Assembly: GCF_964355755.1 (NCBI RefSeq)
Contig: NC_092674.1
Coordinates: 8,804,001-8,868,000, forward strand
DNA from: Antedon mediterranea
Taxonomy: Eukaryota; Animalia; Echinodermata
DNA: 64,000 nucleotides
Reading direction: 5' to 3'
The notes beneath the pieces are model-generated. The model was given only the letters and a program-made list of their open reading frames with translations. It searched no databases and had not been told where the DNA came from. Made by a program: the position numbers and the translations under genes. Every line of letters starts with the position of its first letter. Position 1 is the first letter of the stretch. Shown piece after piece: positions 37,901 through 52,900 of this stretch.

Positions 37901-40900
37901 ATACAATTCTGGTTTAGAGAAAGTTTAATTATGAAAAAGTGTAAAATCAGGAATATCTTTGAACTCTAAATTCCTTGAGAAAATATCGTCCAATTAACCC
38001 TAGTTAAAGTTTGTCAACAGTTATATATTTCATTTCATTAAATTTCAACACTTGAGTTAAACACCTCCCACATACTTCCTACGTTATTGATACAGTACTA
38101 TAATAACATATAGGCTATATTACAATACATTGTTTTGTTCAGGAGTGTCTTGATGAATAGATTACATTCTTTTAACTATTGTTCCACGATTTTTCAATGC
38201 CGTTTTGGTGACACACAAATAACCTTATTGAATTCTGTAATTACACAACTAAGGCTAATCAGCGGAATATTTTGTAATGATACAAGTTTTATGAACACAG
38301 AGCAACATAGGCCTATACTGAAATATTAGTAAGAAACAAAAATAAAATTCACTTATGGCAGAATTACCTTTTTACAATCAGCACATACCCAAAACTAAGA
38401 AATATACCTCAATAAAACAACACACTTTTTATTTATTCTCAATATAAATATTAATTTATTTTTAGGCAAATGAACTTTGTGGTGACCCAGTTGATGTACC
38501 GCAAAATTTTGCTGTGAAAATGTTGAACAGATTGTCAGGTGAACGAAACAGAGATACGTCAAATGCGCAATCCTCCATGTATATCCGCATCAATGTATTC
38601 GCATACAGTTTGCGCAACTCAGATTCCTTTTTACGATCACTACCCAACCAAATTTGCTTCATTAACAGAGGAGCTTCTGATTTCGACTCAAGGTGCTGGA
38701 CAGGAAAACGCTATGGAAAGTAAGTTATTTTTAGAATAACTTGTATTACAGGTAACAGAAGCTTTTGAGTATTAAAGATGTTTTGTCCCCCTAAAACATA
38801 AAAAATGAAATTTTGTAGTTTCAATAAAGTTATACTCTTTTCCGTTGTTTTCACTTAATTAAAAAGTGACAAAATAAATAGTTAAATTTAACCAAAATCC
38901 CAAGTAAGGTTGGTAGCCAATTTGACTGTTCGTAAGTAAGTCAATTTGTGGAAGTGGATAAGTATTCTATGACATTAAAATGGCTTATTCAACAAACAAT
39001 TTGACAATACATCTTTAAAATGAAGTTTCAGGGCATGTTTCTGTTACGAAAAAATAACGCGAGAAAACACCTAATCAATTGGTATCGTTTAAGCTGTTAT
39101 CGTTGTTTACCGTTTAGCTGCAATGCAAAATAACGGTTATTTTATAAACTGGCTTTCTCCTAGATTCACTTAGGTTTGACCAGGGAGGTATTTTTATAAC
39201 TCCCTGGTTTGACCATCACATTTTGGGTTACCGTACTGCTTTAAACAATATTTAGAGTACAACAAAAATTCAGTTAATATAAAAATTATATTTTTTAAAT
39301 TATTTGTTTGCAGCAACAACTTAAACAAAATTTGTTATAATAATTACAAGTTTTTACAGATTTATACACACACAATTAATTGTCCCTCGAGTCTGGAACT
39401 AATTTTGTACACTCTTTGTTAACCTAAAACTAATTATTACTGGGTCAATTGACCATCACACAATGACATCAGAATAAGATCAATTACATTGGAATGTATA
39501 CAGGACATTTCAGTCTGTAGGACTACCAGTAACATGGTCTAGATCGGGTGTCACGAAACCTAAGACCACGAAAGCTAAGACCCCCTAAGACCTAAGATCA
39601 CGAAAGCTAAGACCCAAGACCTAAGATTACAAATTCTAAGATATACTACAGCTTAAAAACAATACTTGTTTATCCATACATAATTTTAAACATAGTAGGT
39701 TTCATTTATTACCATAAATATAATTAAATACTACCGCAAAACATAGATAAACTCACGTTATTTTCGCCCGTTGAGTAAATGTATATTTTTTCTTTACAAC
39801 AAACTTGACGGATTGTTTGTTGGTATATATTTACTCCAATTGTGTTGGTTCAGAGGATGTTTTTCTTTCGCACCTGCCGTTCTTGTATTTTGACTCCAAA
39901 TTTGTTAACTGACTTTATCCTGAATACCACACTTTAAAATTAGGACTTATAAGTACTTTCAGGAGAAACACATAAAAACAAATAAATAAATCCTTTAAAT
40001 TGATGATTTTACAGACGTGTTTCTTTGTATACTGTAATTCCTCCCATGCTCAATGTTTTTGTTTCTATGGAGCGCCAAAAGAGCAACAATAATAGAACAA
40101 GTATAAAAACAGAAAGAAAATGAAAAAAAAAAAAAAAAAAAAACTTATTATCATGATTTTTAAATTAAAATTTATTTGCGAGTATTTATTTCTTCGTACT
40201 AGCATCATTATACTATTATCATTACAATTTTAATTTTACATTGTTCCATCCACACTGTAGATGGACTTTTTGCTCTTTTGACGTTCCATAGAAACAAAAA
40301 CATTGAACATTGGGTAGGCCTACTGTACTCTGTAGGCTAGTCATGCAAAATTTGCAAACAGTATGTGTGCGAGAAAAACGTCTGTAAAATCATCAATTTA
40401 AAAATGTATTCGTTACTTTTTATGTGATTCTTTTTCATAAAAGTGCTAATTCTAAGGTGTGGTATTCAGAATAAATGTTGGAGGTTAAAATAGAAGGCAG
40501 GTGCGAAAGATAAATATTGTAATCTTAGGTCTTGGGTCTTAGCTTTCGTGATCTTAGGTCTTAGGGGGTCTTAGCTTTCGTGGTCTTAGGTTTCGTGACA
40601 CCCGGTCTAGATCCCTGGTAAGTGGTACAATGGTTGCAGGGCATACTGTCAGAGGACAATGTATATTACAAGAATTAAAAAAATAAAGACATTGTTTAAG
40701 AAAATTAGCTAAATAAAAACAAAGTTTACAAGTTTATAGAAAAACCGACAAAAACATTTGAGATACAATATATTTATAGTTATAAATATATGCATTAGGT
40801 ACGGTATATTCCAAATTGTCATTTCTAATTTTTTTCAATTTTCTTAACATCCTTCTTGATAAACTAAAAATAAAATCACCCTTAGAATATAATTAATATT

Positions 40901-43900
40901 AAGTTTGGTCAAAAAATAATTATATTTGTTCACAGTTTTTTTAAATAAGTGAGTATATAGTAGATAGTTGATTAAAACTACAAAACTGCGTATTATTAAA
41001 AGTTTGACCTTAATTAATCAGTTATTTTATTTTTTCTTTATAGGGAATTATGTCATCCCGAAGTGACAGTAATGTTTAACATTGTAAAGACAGTGACATG
41101 TTTTATGTTTTATTATAAACAGCAATACTAAACACATGTACAGTATGTGATACATGAAAAGTCCTTGCAAAAGGTTTCCTAATTTTGTTAACACTTTTAT
41201 TTCCCTAAAGGTCTATAGATCAATTTCTTCCATGACCTTGCCATGTGTTAACTGTTTATTTTTTCAAACTGATTGAAAGTACTAATTTAATTAAGTGAAG
41301 GCCTACTGTTTTGACTTGCTTGGACCTGTAAATTCTCCATTTATTCCAATTTGTACTAAAAAGTTTATTAAATAAAATGTCGCCCTCTATCTATAATTTA
41401 TTTTATACAGCTAAAATATATATATACTTTGCTGCCCTCTATAGTTTATACTAAATCAAACTTTTAACAAATCACAACTTGAGATACTTTTAATGTTTTA
41501 TATTGAATAAAAAGTAATTAAAAATAATTCATTTTTTTGATTGAATTTTGGTTGACAAGATGTCGACAGATCTTATCAAAAGGCTGCATTTCAATTACCG
41601 ATAAATGGATATGTTTCAGTTCTCACACTTCTAGGTCATCTCTAAGGAGGGTGGTATACATTACCTCGGGCTACAGAACAATACAAGCTGAAAATTCCAA
41701 TGAAGCTTAACACAAGGGACTAATTTACACTACAAATTATCTGGTCAAAGGTCAAATTTAATGCATCATTTATTCTAATAACTGGGTATACAGTTTATAC
41801 AAACTCTGGGTGGGTGTAAAAGTTACGGGTACTGTAGGTGTTACCTTACTATGAGATCATTAGGTTCTGTAGGCTAGTGAATTCAGTAAGTCGGCGAAAG
41901 TAGAAATTCATATAATATTACTGTTTACTGGAAAACCCATTGGTCCCAAATTTATTGAGGCCTGAAAATTGTCAAAAAAATAAATTAAAAATTAATTTCC
42001 TAAAAAAATCTGCAGTAGCTGATCTATGGAATATTTTCACCAATGTAGCATAGTAAAATGTAATACATACAGTATTGTTTTCATTTATCAATGGTGTAAC
42101 CAAAACTCAGTATAATACAGTACTATGTTACCTCTCCAAAATCAGATTTGACTAAACACAGGATCTACCATTTGAAATTGAGTGTGCTATTTCGAATGAC
42201 CATTTCTAACTATTCAACTAATCAAGTCATATTAACAAAACATTGATGAGTGAACACAAACAACATTGACCAGGCCAAATCAAATTCTTGTCTACTGTAG
42301 GACACCAGGGTCTTTGGTCAGTTGAGCGGTTTTCCAGTTTTATATGCGATATAACTAATCATGCTGTGTTTCAATTTAAATAATATTTAGGAAGTCAATT
42401 GAATAAACATACCTTTAATAAATTTAGGCTATGTTGTCTGGGTCAATTTGACAGAACAGTTGGTGTTCGGTCAATCATAATGAGATGTGTTTGTGGTGTT
42501 TATGTTTCCAAACAAACACTATACTGTACTTTGGTACTGATCCCATGTTCTGTTCTTTCCAATTTTGATCTGTTGCTTAGTGCACAGTAAGTGCCTATTG
42601 CAATAGACACCATTTGGTTAGAGGGTTGATACACTTCCACTTGCATCATTAAATTGTTTTGGGTCAACCCAGGTGTAAAGTTAACTGGGGTTACAAGCCT
42701 ACAGCGGTTATTTTTGGGTCATTCATGTCCTAGTCATGCTGTGTTAAATAGAAACCTGTTGAGAAATATTTTCAATACTTATACAGTAGCAGAACTTTGT
42801 AAAACTAAGTGCATATACTGTAGTAGGTGTTTCTTCCATTCACTGCTTATGTCTATCTAGTCCAATGAACTAGTTTGCCGGGGTAAGATCCAGAAACTAC
42901 ACAATTTAGAGACTAAACTTCTTTGGTATTCTACTAGCCTAAAATAAGATACAAATCACATACATAGTGGAATACTGTATCGTCCTTGGCGCACTAGTTG
43001 GATTACACAATGATAAAGTACTGGTATAATTGAGTATCCAAATATTTAAACATTGTTAAAGCCAAAGTTGAGATAAGATTACTAACAAAGTAAATAACAA
43101 CAAGATTAAAATACCTAATTTGCATGACAAATACACACTAGTAAAGTTAGATGTACTGCAAATAATATCATCTAAGGGAAATAAAGTATGGTTGAGAATG
43201 CCAATGTTTTGGTTGTAGGGAAACGAAATGTTGAGAAATTCTCAACCATACAGATTCTATCAAATAATGAACAAATAAAGTTTGAAATATAGAATCATAA
43301 TGACTTCTTTCACCTCATGTTTTATTTTTATCTTGATATTAATAATTATTAGGGCCTATTATACTGTGTAAGCTATAAGAATATACTGAGGTTTGGTAAA
43401 ACATTATCTATAGATCATATTATTATCATCATCGTAACATTGAAATATCTTTTTTAATAAACCAGAAAACAAACATTCTTAAAAGGTTATCAAAACAATA
43501 GATATATTATATATCTATTCAACCCTGAAACTATAGCTATCGATTTTGTCCAGTAATTTCCTATTGGTTTCAGTCCCATGGTTATTGAAACCCTGATCAT
43601 GTGACTTGAACAAGACATCTATTTAGAGAAAATGATTTATTCAATAAATTTAGAAAGAAAGCAATTCACAAGTAACAAGTCAATAATAAAAAAATCTAAA
43701 TCAAAACCACGATAAAAAATAACTTTTATGTGACTAAAATTCTTTATAAATGAAATGTATTTTTTTAATGTTTTTAATGTCTATTAAGGTTATTAAGTAT
43801 TAAATGTTAATGTTATACTGTAGGTCAAGGTTATTCATATTTTAGCATAAACTTAACATGGCAACGTACAGGATTTTCTACTCCACACTATTTGCAATTA

Positions 43901-46900
43901 ATCAATTGCGCAAAGGTTCTTATTCTCACTAAATTAGTCAGCAGGACCTGTGACTGTATTTAAGACATGTAATATAACTGGTGGGTTTGATTTTGTCTTA
44001 TCAGGTTTAGAGGTAGTACCTGTGGTCTTATTTTTACTGTTCACACTAAGCTAAACAATACACTCTTATTTGAAATTATTGTTTGGGAATTTTTACATGA
44101 AACTAACGTTCACATTCAATACAAACATACTTAAGCTGATCCGAAACATATCTGTCTGGGTGTGCGGTAAGTGCTTGGGATGATCAGTTCGCTCAATTAT
44201 ACCTCCCGATATAATTTGGATATACCTCTTTTGAACTCCCAATAGGTTCCAGGGTGCCAAAGCCCTTCCCTGCATGGGTATATCAGATATTTAACAGGTG
44301 TATTATTTTGTATTTTAACTTAGAAAAAGCTAAACAATTTTTATTCTAAGTCAAGGTAACTTTTACCCAAGTTACATAAGAATAAGTTATGTATTTTACA
44401 AGGTATTTAAACCTAATTTTTGGTGTGTTGTTATTTCATATGTAAAGCATTCATACAAAATTATTTTTGTTGATATTTTGATATTGTTTCATATCCATTT
44501 TAATGTTTATCAACATTGCTAGAGAGGGCTGGTGTGTTCTGTTAAAACAATCAATACAAGTTTTCTTATCTTGAGATGAGAGGATCATAGGCGGTTCTGT
44601 AACCTTGCTGGCACAGGAAATCATAAGCCTACTACTGTACTTCCAACCTTCTAACCTGCAACTTTTAATATGCCATCATATTGATTCTAATTTCAATATT
44701 TTCCTACCTACTTCTGTTTCGATTTGTCAAAACAGAAAGTTTTTCCAATTGTGAATTTTGTTAACATCACAAGTTTTGACTCACACTACAAATGCTTCTG
44801 CTATAGTTACTGTAGGTGTCATCAGTCCTTAGAAATAGATTATTTTAGAAATTAAACATTGGATATTAAAATTACCTTTTTAATACTGTAAACTGTAATA
44901 AAATCAATTAAAACTTTCTACCTGGTAACAGATTCAAAAATTAAAATATACATTATTAAGATAAAATTTTAGATACAGTAAATTAATTAAAACAATATTC
45001 GAATTAAAATGTAATTAAGTATTTAATAATAAGTTGCCTTGATATGTTGTAGTGTGATATTAGATAACACACTAATTAATTAGTAATTATTAATTAAATA
45101 GCAAAGAATATTGCTTTCATCAAAACAATTCAAGACAAAAATAACAACATTGAAAAACCATAAAATGTTTGTTTTAGAAATAAATGATAAATGATTATGC
45201 TAGGTAAACATTTAACTATTCACAGTTTCATGACTTTTTAATTAAGTTCAGGATATTCACAAATATAACTAATCTGTTTTGCATAGAATGATTTAATAGA
45301 TTTTCAAGTGATATGCGGTCACTATTACTGTTTTTGGACAGACAAAAAAAAGTCTAAATGATCTTTAAGTACAGTATGCACTTTATACATAAAGTGGTTT
45401 CTCATACCATTTAATAATGTAATTAATTTTTCCCATTGTCTGAGATTGATGAGAAACGTGATGTACTTTTTAAGATCAGAGAAGAGATAAAGACACCTAC
45501 GTTTTCCGAATGTTTACTTTTATTATTTGTGGTTTAACTGTTTAACCTTTTATATTTTCCAGTTACAAGAAGTTTGTCTGGACTGGTGGTGTCGATCAAC
45601 AGGCGCAAAATTCAGAGGTGAGATTAACAGGACGTGAGCCAGAGTTGCAACAGACGCAAGATCTTAGTGAAAGTCTTCAGCGTATGCGCAAGGTAATTAT
45701 ATGAATGATGATACAATAACAGTTTCCTACAGTAAGTGGTGAACCATGAGTTCACTGTTGGTTGGAAAAATGAAATAAATAAATAAATAGTAATTGCCCT
45801 GTTCAAACTAGATACCAACAGTGGAGGTGATGGTGAATACGCCTAGCCTAGCTCATGATGATTTTTGCCTCAAAGAACCCTCAAAGTTACTACTCTAACC
45901 ATGTTGAATATTATCACTAAACTTGGAAAAAAACATTACACAATTGATATATACGTAATAACGTCAGTAAAAGTTATACGACATTCCCGGAGGTCATTGA
46001 ACTCGGGCTCTTGTTGATTAATTTCCTTTATAGAGGACTGTGACTTCCTTTAAACGATAATACTTTGCTTGGTTAAACAATGGGATATTTGTGTGATAGG
46101 TATCACAGGATACAATCATCTAGGTGGAATATAGGAAGTGCTCTCAAGATCGTGATGTCATGGGTTTGAGATACCATGTGTATTGAGGAAAGTGTGTCAT
46201 GCGGGGTGTCTATCACGCACAATGTCTGTAGTAGACCTACTTTAGAAACACTAGGGTTACTCCATTATAGATGTAGGGAGGGTCTATGTTACAATGCTTT
46301 GCATACATAAATTCTGTTGGTTGAGGATTAACCTTAATCACTAAATTTTAAAAAGCATGTTTTACAGTATACACCCTTAGAGCAACTAAAATAAGATGCT
46401 CCACCATAGAAGTAGATTCTATGGTGACACCATAGTAAGGGAAAAATGTTTATTATTTATATATATTAATCCAAAGGCAAATTACTGAAAAAAATGACAA
46501 TGCTGTGGGTATCAGTAGCTGGATCTCAATGGAGATACAAAAATAAAAACGAAAAGCTAAATCAAAACGATAAAGTAAACAGCCAGAAAAGTTAGCAGAG
46601 CTTTCGGGCAACACTAGCCCTTCATCAGTGCAAGTCTGAGTTATTTATATATATTAGTATTTTTTTGTATGTTAATTATTATCATCATGTAATGTTCTCT
46701 CATTACGGAAAAGGCTTCTTTCAAAGGAAATACAAATAATATTTTTAAAGATGTTTTAGCGACAGTACCTGTATCTCTATTAATATTAATATTATAGACA
46801 GGAAATGCTTAAAAAATTGACTAACTATCGACCTTGCTGATTTCATGGCGGTCCTATCTCAACGCCTTATGTTGAGTCTTTACTATAAAAAGCTATCCTT

Positions 46901-49900
46901 CACATAAATATATTGACATCATAGAGGAATAGTTCCGCCATGGTAATATCATTGGTACAAATACAATTGACTAATCATAAGATAGAAATCTACCACATGT
47001 ACTGTACCACCATGCAGTTGTGTAATAACAAAACACCCCTACTGATAAATGGAACATGCCTTTGCTTTAGGGCTAAAAGATACCAGTAGGAATCTTCAGT
47101 ACTGAACAGCTAAGTTTTGCTTACTTGTAGGAGGGCCACAGCGCTGTAGATATCTCACATATTTTGACTGGACAAGTCTATGCCTGACGTCAACATTTAA
47201 ATTGGAACATTACATCCACAGTTATTAGTTGTGTAACTACAGAGACATCTTTTGTTCATTTGTCAATAGTAATTTATCAAAGATGAAATTCTTTTTGTTG
47301 GATAATTTAATTTTTCTTCTTTTTATTTCATCGCAGGTAAGTTTTTCGCAGGTGAATTTTATAACTACTGTAGTCATTTCAATAGTTTACTACTGTATTT
47401 ATAATTTAGTTTTTCAAATTTTAGAAGATTAGATTTTATTTGAAATCATACTGTACATCATTTTATATATACTGTAGTATATATATTTCACTAATTTGTT
47501 TCAATTGTTATTGGTAGGGTACAAAATTAGAATATTGTCTATAAGTTAAATTTAATCACTACAGGAAGGTATATATAAAAATAATTATTTTTATACCTCC
47601 TTTATCAGAAGGATTTGTCATATCACATGCCATACTATTTTCTCCTATTTAAATACTTTAAAAGTATTATGGCACGCTTAGTTTTTTAATCATTTTTATC
47701 GCCGTTGTAGGCTGGTGAATGCGCAATCTAAATGATGATAAAGATATGGCATTCACCATCTAAGACTACTCTACCCTGGCCAAATTTCTTTTAAATGGGC
47801 CTATAGTCTTCGACATTTAATTTAACATGTAAGCAAGGGATTATAATTGAAAAAGTTTTATTTTCGAAAATTGAATGCATTATTAAAAAAATAATGCTTG
47901 TTTTAATGTATGTTTATTAAATGGAAAGAATATTGAACTCATTCAACTCATAAACATCCATTATTTTGTTAAATTTTGTCTACTACTATATAGTATGGAA
48001 GTTCTTGTAGTTCTTTATTAAAAGTCCTATAAATGTTATGTGACAGATCAGGACAGCATACTTCCCATACATTTTGTAGCTTGATTGATACAACAGGCAA
48101 AACAATAAAAACTCTATCTATAGCACAGTGTTGTTATAAGAGATTACTTGTCGCTATACTAAATCATTTAGTATATAAACTATAGAAGTTACAGAACAGT
48201 ATAAAAGAACGTCTCATAATTTACAGGTTAATTGTTGACCCCATGCATGTCCATTTTGGCGATTCTGGATTTTTATGTACTGTACATTATACTTAGGCCT
48301 ACAGTAGTTTTTCCGTTGAAACCATACTGTAACTTTCAAGTTAGTAAAGCTTGTTGTTTACCATTTGAATAATTAAACAGATTATACACCAATTCAAAGA
48401 CAAAATATCGAACAATTTGTATTTAGATTTTTAACATTATTTATTGGTCTTTATAATTTTTTAATTTAAAGATTTATTTTTAGAAAATTCAGTTCTAAAT
48501 TTAAACTAAATTATTTGCATTTATTGTCAATGAAACTAATTACTATTATTAATTAGTTACAAACTGACATGTAGGCCTAATGTGTCAATTAATGTTATTA
48601 AAGCCTGTTTGCATTAAACAGCTGCTGTTGGTTTGTGTGTGTGTGTGTGTGTGATACCAAGATATGCCAATCTGCCTATTCACTACCAAGGTTTAACAAC
48701 TAATTTTAAAGTATAACTAAATAATGATATGCGCATAATTAAACAGGCAGCACACTGGGAAAGATGTAGATTATACTAGCCTGCATGCCACTACTAGCCC
48801 GTCCTGCATACAATATTGCTATCCCAAGTTAAGATTACAAAACTTCTATTCATACAGTACAGTAAACTCATTAAATATCATCAAGGTGCAGAATAAAGTT
48901 AGAATTTTGGGCACTTAAAAATTGTTTACTAGGCTTAAAGTTGGCAAGCCCAAACACTTTACAGTTGGCTAGTACAGCAGTACTAACCGTCAAGCTATGG
49001 GTTGATGGTACGCCGGATGTTGCTTATTGAACTGTATAATCCTGTTTATAATAATTTACAAACTCTGTGCTAACACTTCAAAATCAATGTAAATATGAAG
49101 AATGATAAACAAATTACTTATTTGGAGGAAAAGAATTCCAAAGATTACAAATAACCTGATAAAATACTACACGTAAAATAATAATTGGAATCAATTTATT
49201 GTTTTATTCATGAAATTTCAAAAGTTAAATAAAATACACACTTCGTCCCCTATCAAGATTAATAAATGATTGGACAAAAGGTTTCTTTCATGATTAGAAA
49301 AATTGTTCAAAATGATGTTTGTCAATTGTTGTGGTGATTCCTTTCCAACTCAAGCGAAGTTATACATTCGAATTGGGTGCAGGTGTATTAGAAGCAAATT
49401 GTACAGAAAAAATATGTAAAATAGGGGAAACAGGGTTGCCTAAAAAAATGTAAATTTATAAATATTTTAAGATGATTACAATTATGCATAAAACAAGTTC
49501 AACTTAATTGATTTGATGATGAAAAAATGATAATCCTTAAAACTGTAGACAGATGAATGACCTGAATTATGAAACCGCAAACACCATTGAAACTGTAGAG
49601 CTGTGTAAAAATGGGTGATGTTATCTTAGTACTGAAAACCAATATAGAGTTTTTGGACAAACATGTCTATTGTATGTTATATCCTAAATTGCGTTACCAT
49701 AAAGGATGTGTTAAAAATGAATATTGTGTTGGTACTTCCTAGAAGACTTCCTTAATGTTGATGGGACCTCACACCCATTCCCTTTTCCCATGATCAATTA
49801 AATGAATGATGTTACATAGAATACTGTACTGTATTAAATAAATAATGTTACCTAGAATACTGTAAGTACTGTAGTCTGAAGTTTGGTAATGAAATGGGGC

Positions 49901-52900
49901 CTAGTATCAGTTACCAGTTACTGCTAGTAATGGTCTAATGCCATGCTAAACATAAAACAAATGAATACTATATTACTGTATGTTGGAAGTAAACACCTTC
50001 AACAGATATATTTCTACTTCTTCAACCTTGCCAAATAGTATATATCTTTATATTTTCTTGTTGGAGTCATCGTCAACAGTTACCAATTGCGAATATCATA
50101 AATAGGCTATCCATCAGGATATCGCTGGATTACAATAGAAAATCCCACACAACAATAGAATATATAATATACATAATATTGGGAGGTCTTATAAGTGGAA
50201 ATCCTATCAACTTTGAAGGTTGTTCTATTAGATAGATAATTAACTTACAAGATGTTAATTCTATAGTCTTTTATATACAACAGGTTGTATACGTTTGGTA
50301 TGAATTACTGTATTATTAATTGTTACACAGTGATATGTTATAAATGGATTGCCTGTTATTGATATGCTAAATTGTTGAATACCACAACACACTGTGAAAT
50401 CATTAGTGTCTTCTTGTTGTCAATGGTTCAAAGAGAATGATTTTAACGTATTGCCTCAGTTGATAGCTATGCGGTATAGTGAACTCGGATGTTTATTTTG
50501 TGGCTATTTTGTCAGTATTTACAACGCGTGTAAGTCAACACAGTTTGTTTGCGCAGAGATTATACAGTAGGTGTGCAAATTCCTTCAGGAATCTTCATGA
50601 ACACAGACAACACTTTAATCGGTTTTAAGGTTAAATTAAAAATAATGTTATTTTCATGTCTGGGGTTTGCGGAGTATACCAAACATTTCTTTAGGAGGGT
50701 ATTGTCAGTATTACGACGCTATTGTGATGTACCAATATGGTAGTTTAAAAGTCAAGTTGCCCTTTGATTTCAGAATGCTAGACATTGCTTGAGCCAAATA
50801 AATAAATTTGATGATAATTTGTATGTAAAACAATTTTTTCCAAAGAAAACATATTTTCAGGAAGAAAAATACAGTAGTTTGTTAATTGTTACATTTTAAG
50901 TTTAAACACCAATAATAGTTATTTGGGATTATTTCGGCAAATATCATTGCATTGGTCCTGAAACCTGCTGGGAATGTCTTGGCCACAAAGTTTTCATTCC
51001 ATGAAATAATTAAGATTAAAGTGTTTCAGTAAACAAAGGCATCTTAATGTTTTGTTTTTAAATGTTAAAGGAATAGGAAGGAGATGTTGAAATTACATTT
51101 GTTAGAAAAAATGTTTGAATATCCCATGATGAAATCCCGATCAAAATACATCATTCGAGCATAATGCCTCTGAGGATTTTCAGTTAATTACAGCATATTA
51201 AGATTCGCCTTAATAAATTAATGTTCTTTGTGCAGATTTCCTAATGTTCTCCAAAACATGAAACTTAAAGGTACTGTACAGTAAATAAAAAGCAAACTTA
51301 AAATACTGTATGCTATTTTGTATAAAATGTATTATTAAATTATTTTATTATGTATACAAAAACCCAATAAAAATGATGATCGCTTCCAAAAAACAGTTAC
51401 ATTTTCTCAAAGCCTGACACTACAGTAAATGTGTGCAAAAATGTTTTCTTTTTATGAAAGCCAAATTGCTTTCTAGAACCTAGACTATACAGGTATACCC
51501 CTGCACAGTCAGCATACAGCAGTGTTAAACCCAAACACGCTAAATCTGCAGATTTGAATGTTATTTCTAACAGTCATCAAACATTATACCTCTTTGTCAC
51601 TATAACCACAACCTCGCCATGGTCCTCTTTTATTGTATTAGATCATTATAATAGTTTATTTAACATGCATTTCCATCTAACATACCAGGCCACTGATTCA
51701 TACACCAGTCTGTAGTCGGACATTCTTCAGACACAGTCGGGGGTCATAAGATAGGAAACGCTCTTTCCCTTCGGCAATGTAACAGTGAAATAATATTTTC
51801 CCAGATTTAAATTTCATATTTCGAAGATAACAGACTACCTGTTGCCTGTAAATATTACCCGTTTACAGAGTTTCTTTTGGGATTTTAAAAATATTAACAA
51901 AAAACGCTCCCATAATATTGTAGAATTTGTGAACATTTTTTTTGTAAAATTTCCCATTGAATTATCAAGGCTAAAATCTAAAAAAAAAGTATTAACTGTA
52001 ATATTACTGTTGTGTGGAAAATAACATTGCAATGACCTAGTCCTGTACTTTTAGGTACAATGACTTTTAATTGACAGAGATATAATAATAATAACAGACA
52101 GCAAAATGTAAGTATTTTGTTTCTATTGATACGTTGAGTTAGATACAAAGATGGTACAGTAGTGCAACTAAGATTTTGTTATCGGAGAAAAAAACACTTT
52201 AAAATGTATTGTCCCCCAAAACCTGGAAATGGAAACAAATCAAACATTTAACAGGTCAATTTGTAAGTAATAATAAAGTTATTCCACAGAAAAACAACAA
52301 CAAAAGTAATGATTTCAGTTAAATTGAACAAAAACTTGACTGTTGCAACAAGATTCCAGTTGACTGTTTTCTAAAATTACAGTTTCCGGTTCATTTTGTT
52401 TGTTTTCAATTGTTTTATCCATTTTTTATGACATTGGAATGGTCTATTCAACAAAAAATGTTTACAAATTAATTTTCAGGTGAGCAACACTGTACAATAA
52501 CTTTAAATAAATTTAATCGAGGCTTAGACAATACCAATTTTCGTAGAATTTATCAGAAATGTAACTAATTATGGTTTCTCTACTAACTAACCAATACATT
52601 CTAGCATATACCTATAATATTAATTTTTAAAAGTTTGTTATTACAAGAGACAGCTAATAATAATATTTTAGTGTGCCCATAAAAAAAAATGGGTTAAAGT
52701 TATTAGATCATAGGCCTCAATATACATTGTCGTCGTTGAAACATTTATTTTATTTTAGTTATAGGCTAAGAGCTAGAATTTATGAATTGTGTATAAGATT
52801 AAACAACAAGGCACCGGATAATTATTAAAGCTATTCATTTCATAAAATAAATAAATCTAAAGAAAATATTTTTTATTGTTTATTGTTGAGTACAGTATTC

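Noticed and set aside
46398-46430. CATAGAA-gtaga-TTCTATG as a fourth micro-element
   Set aside because: The flanks GCTCCAC and GTGACAC match at only 4 of 7 positions.
46844-46942. CATGGCGG...CCGCCATG short TIR element
   Set aside because: Only 8 bp are perfect and there is no convincing TSD.
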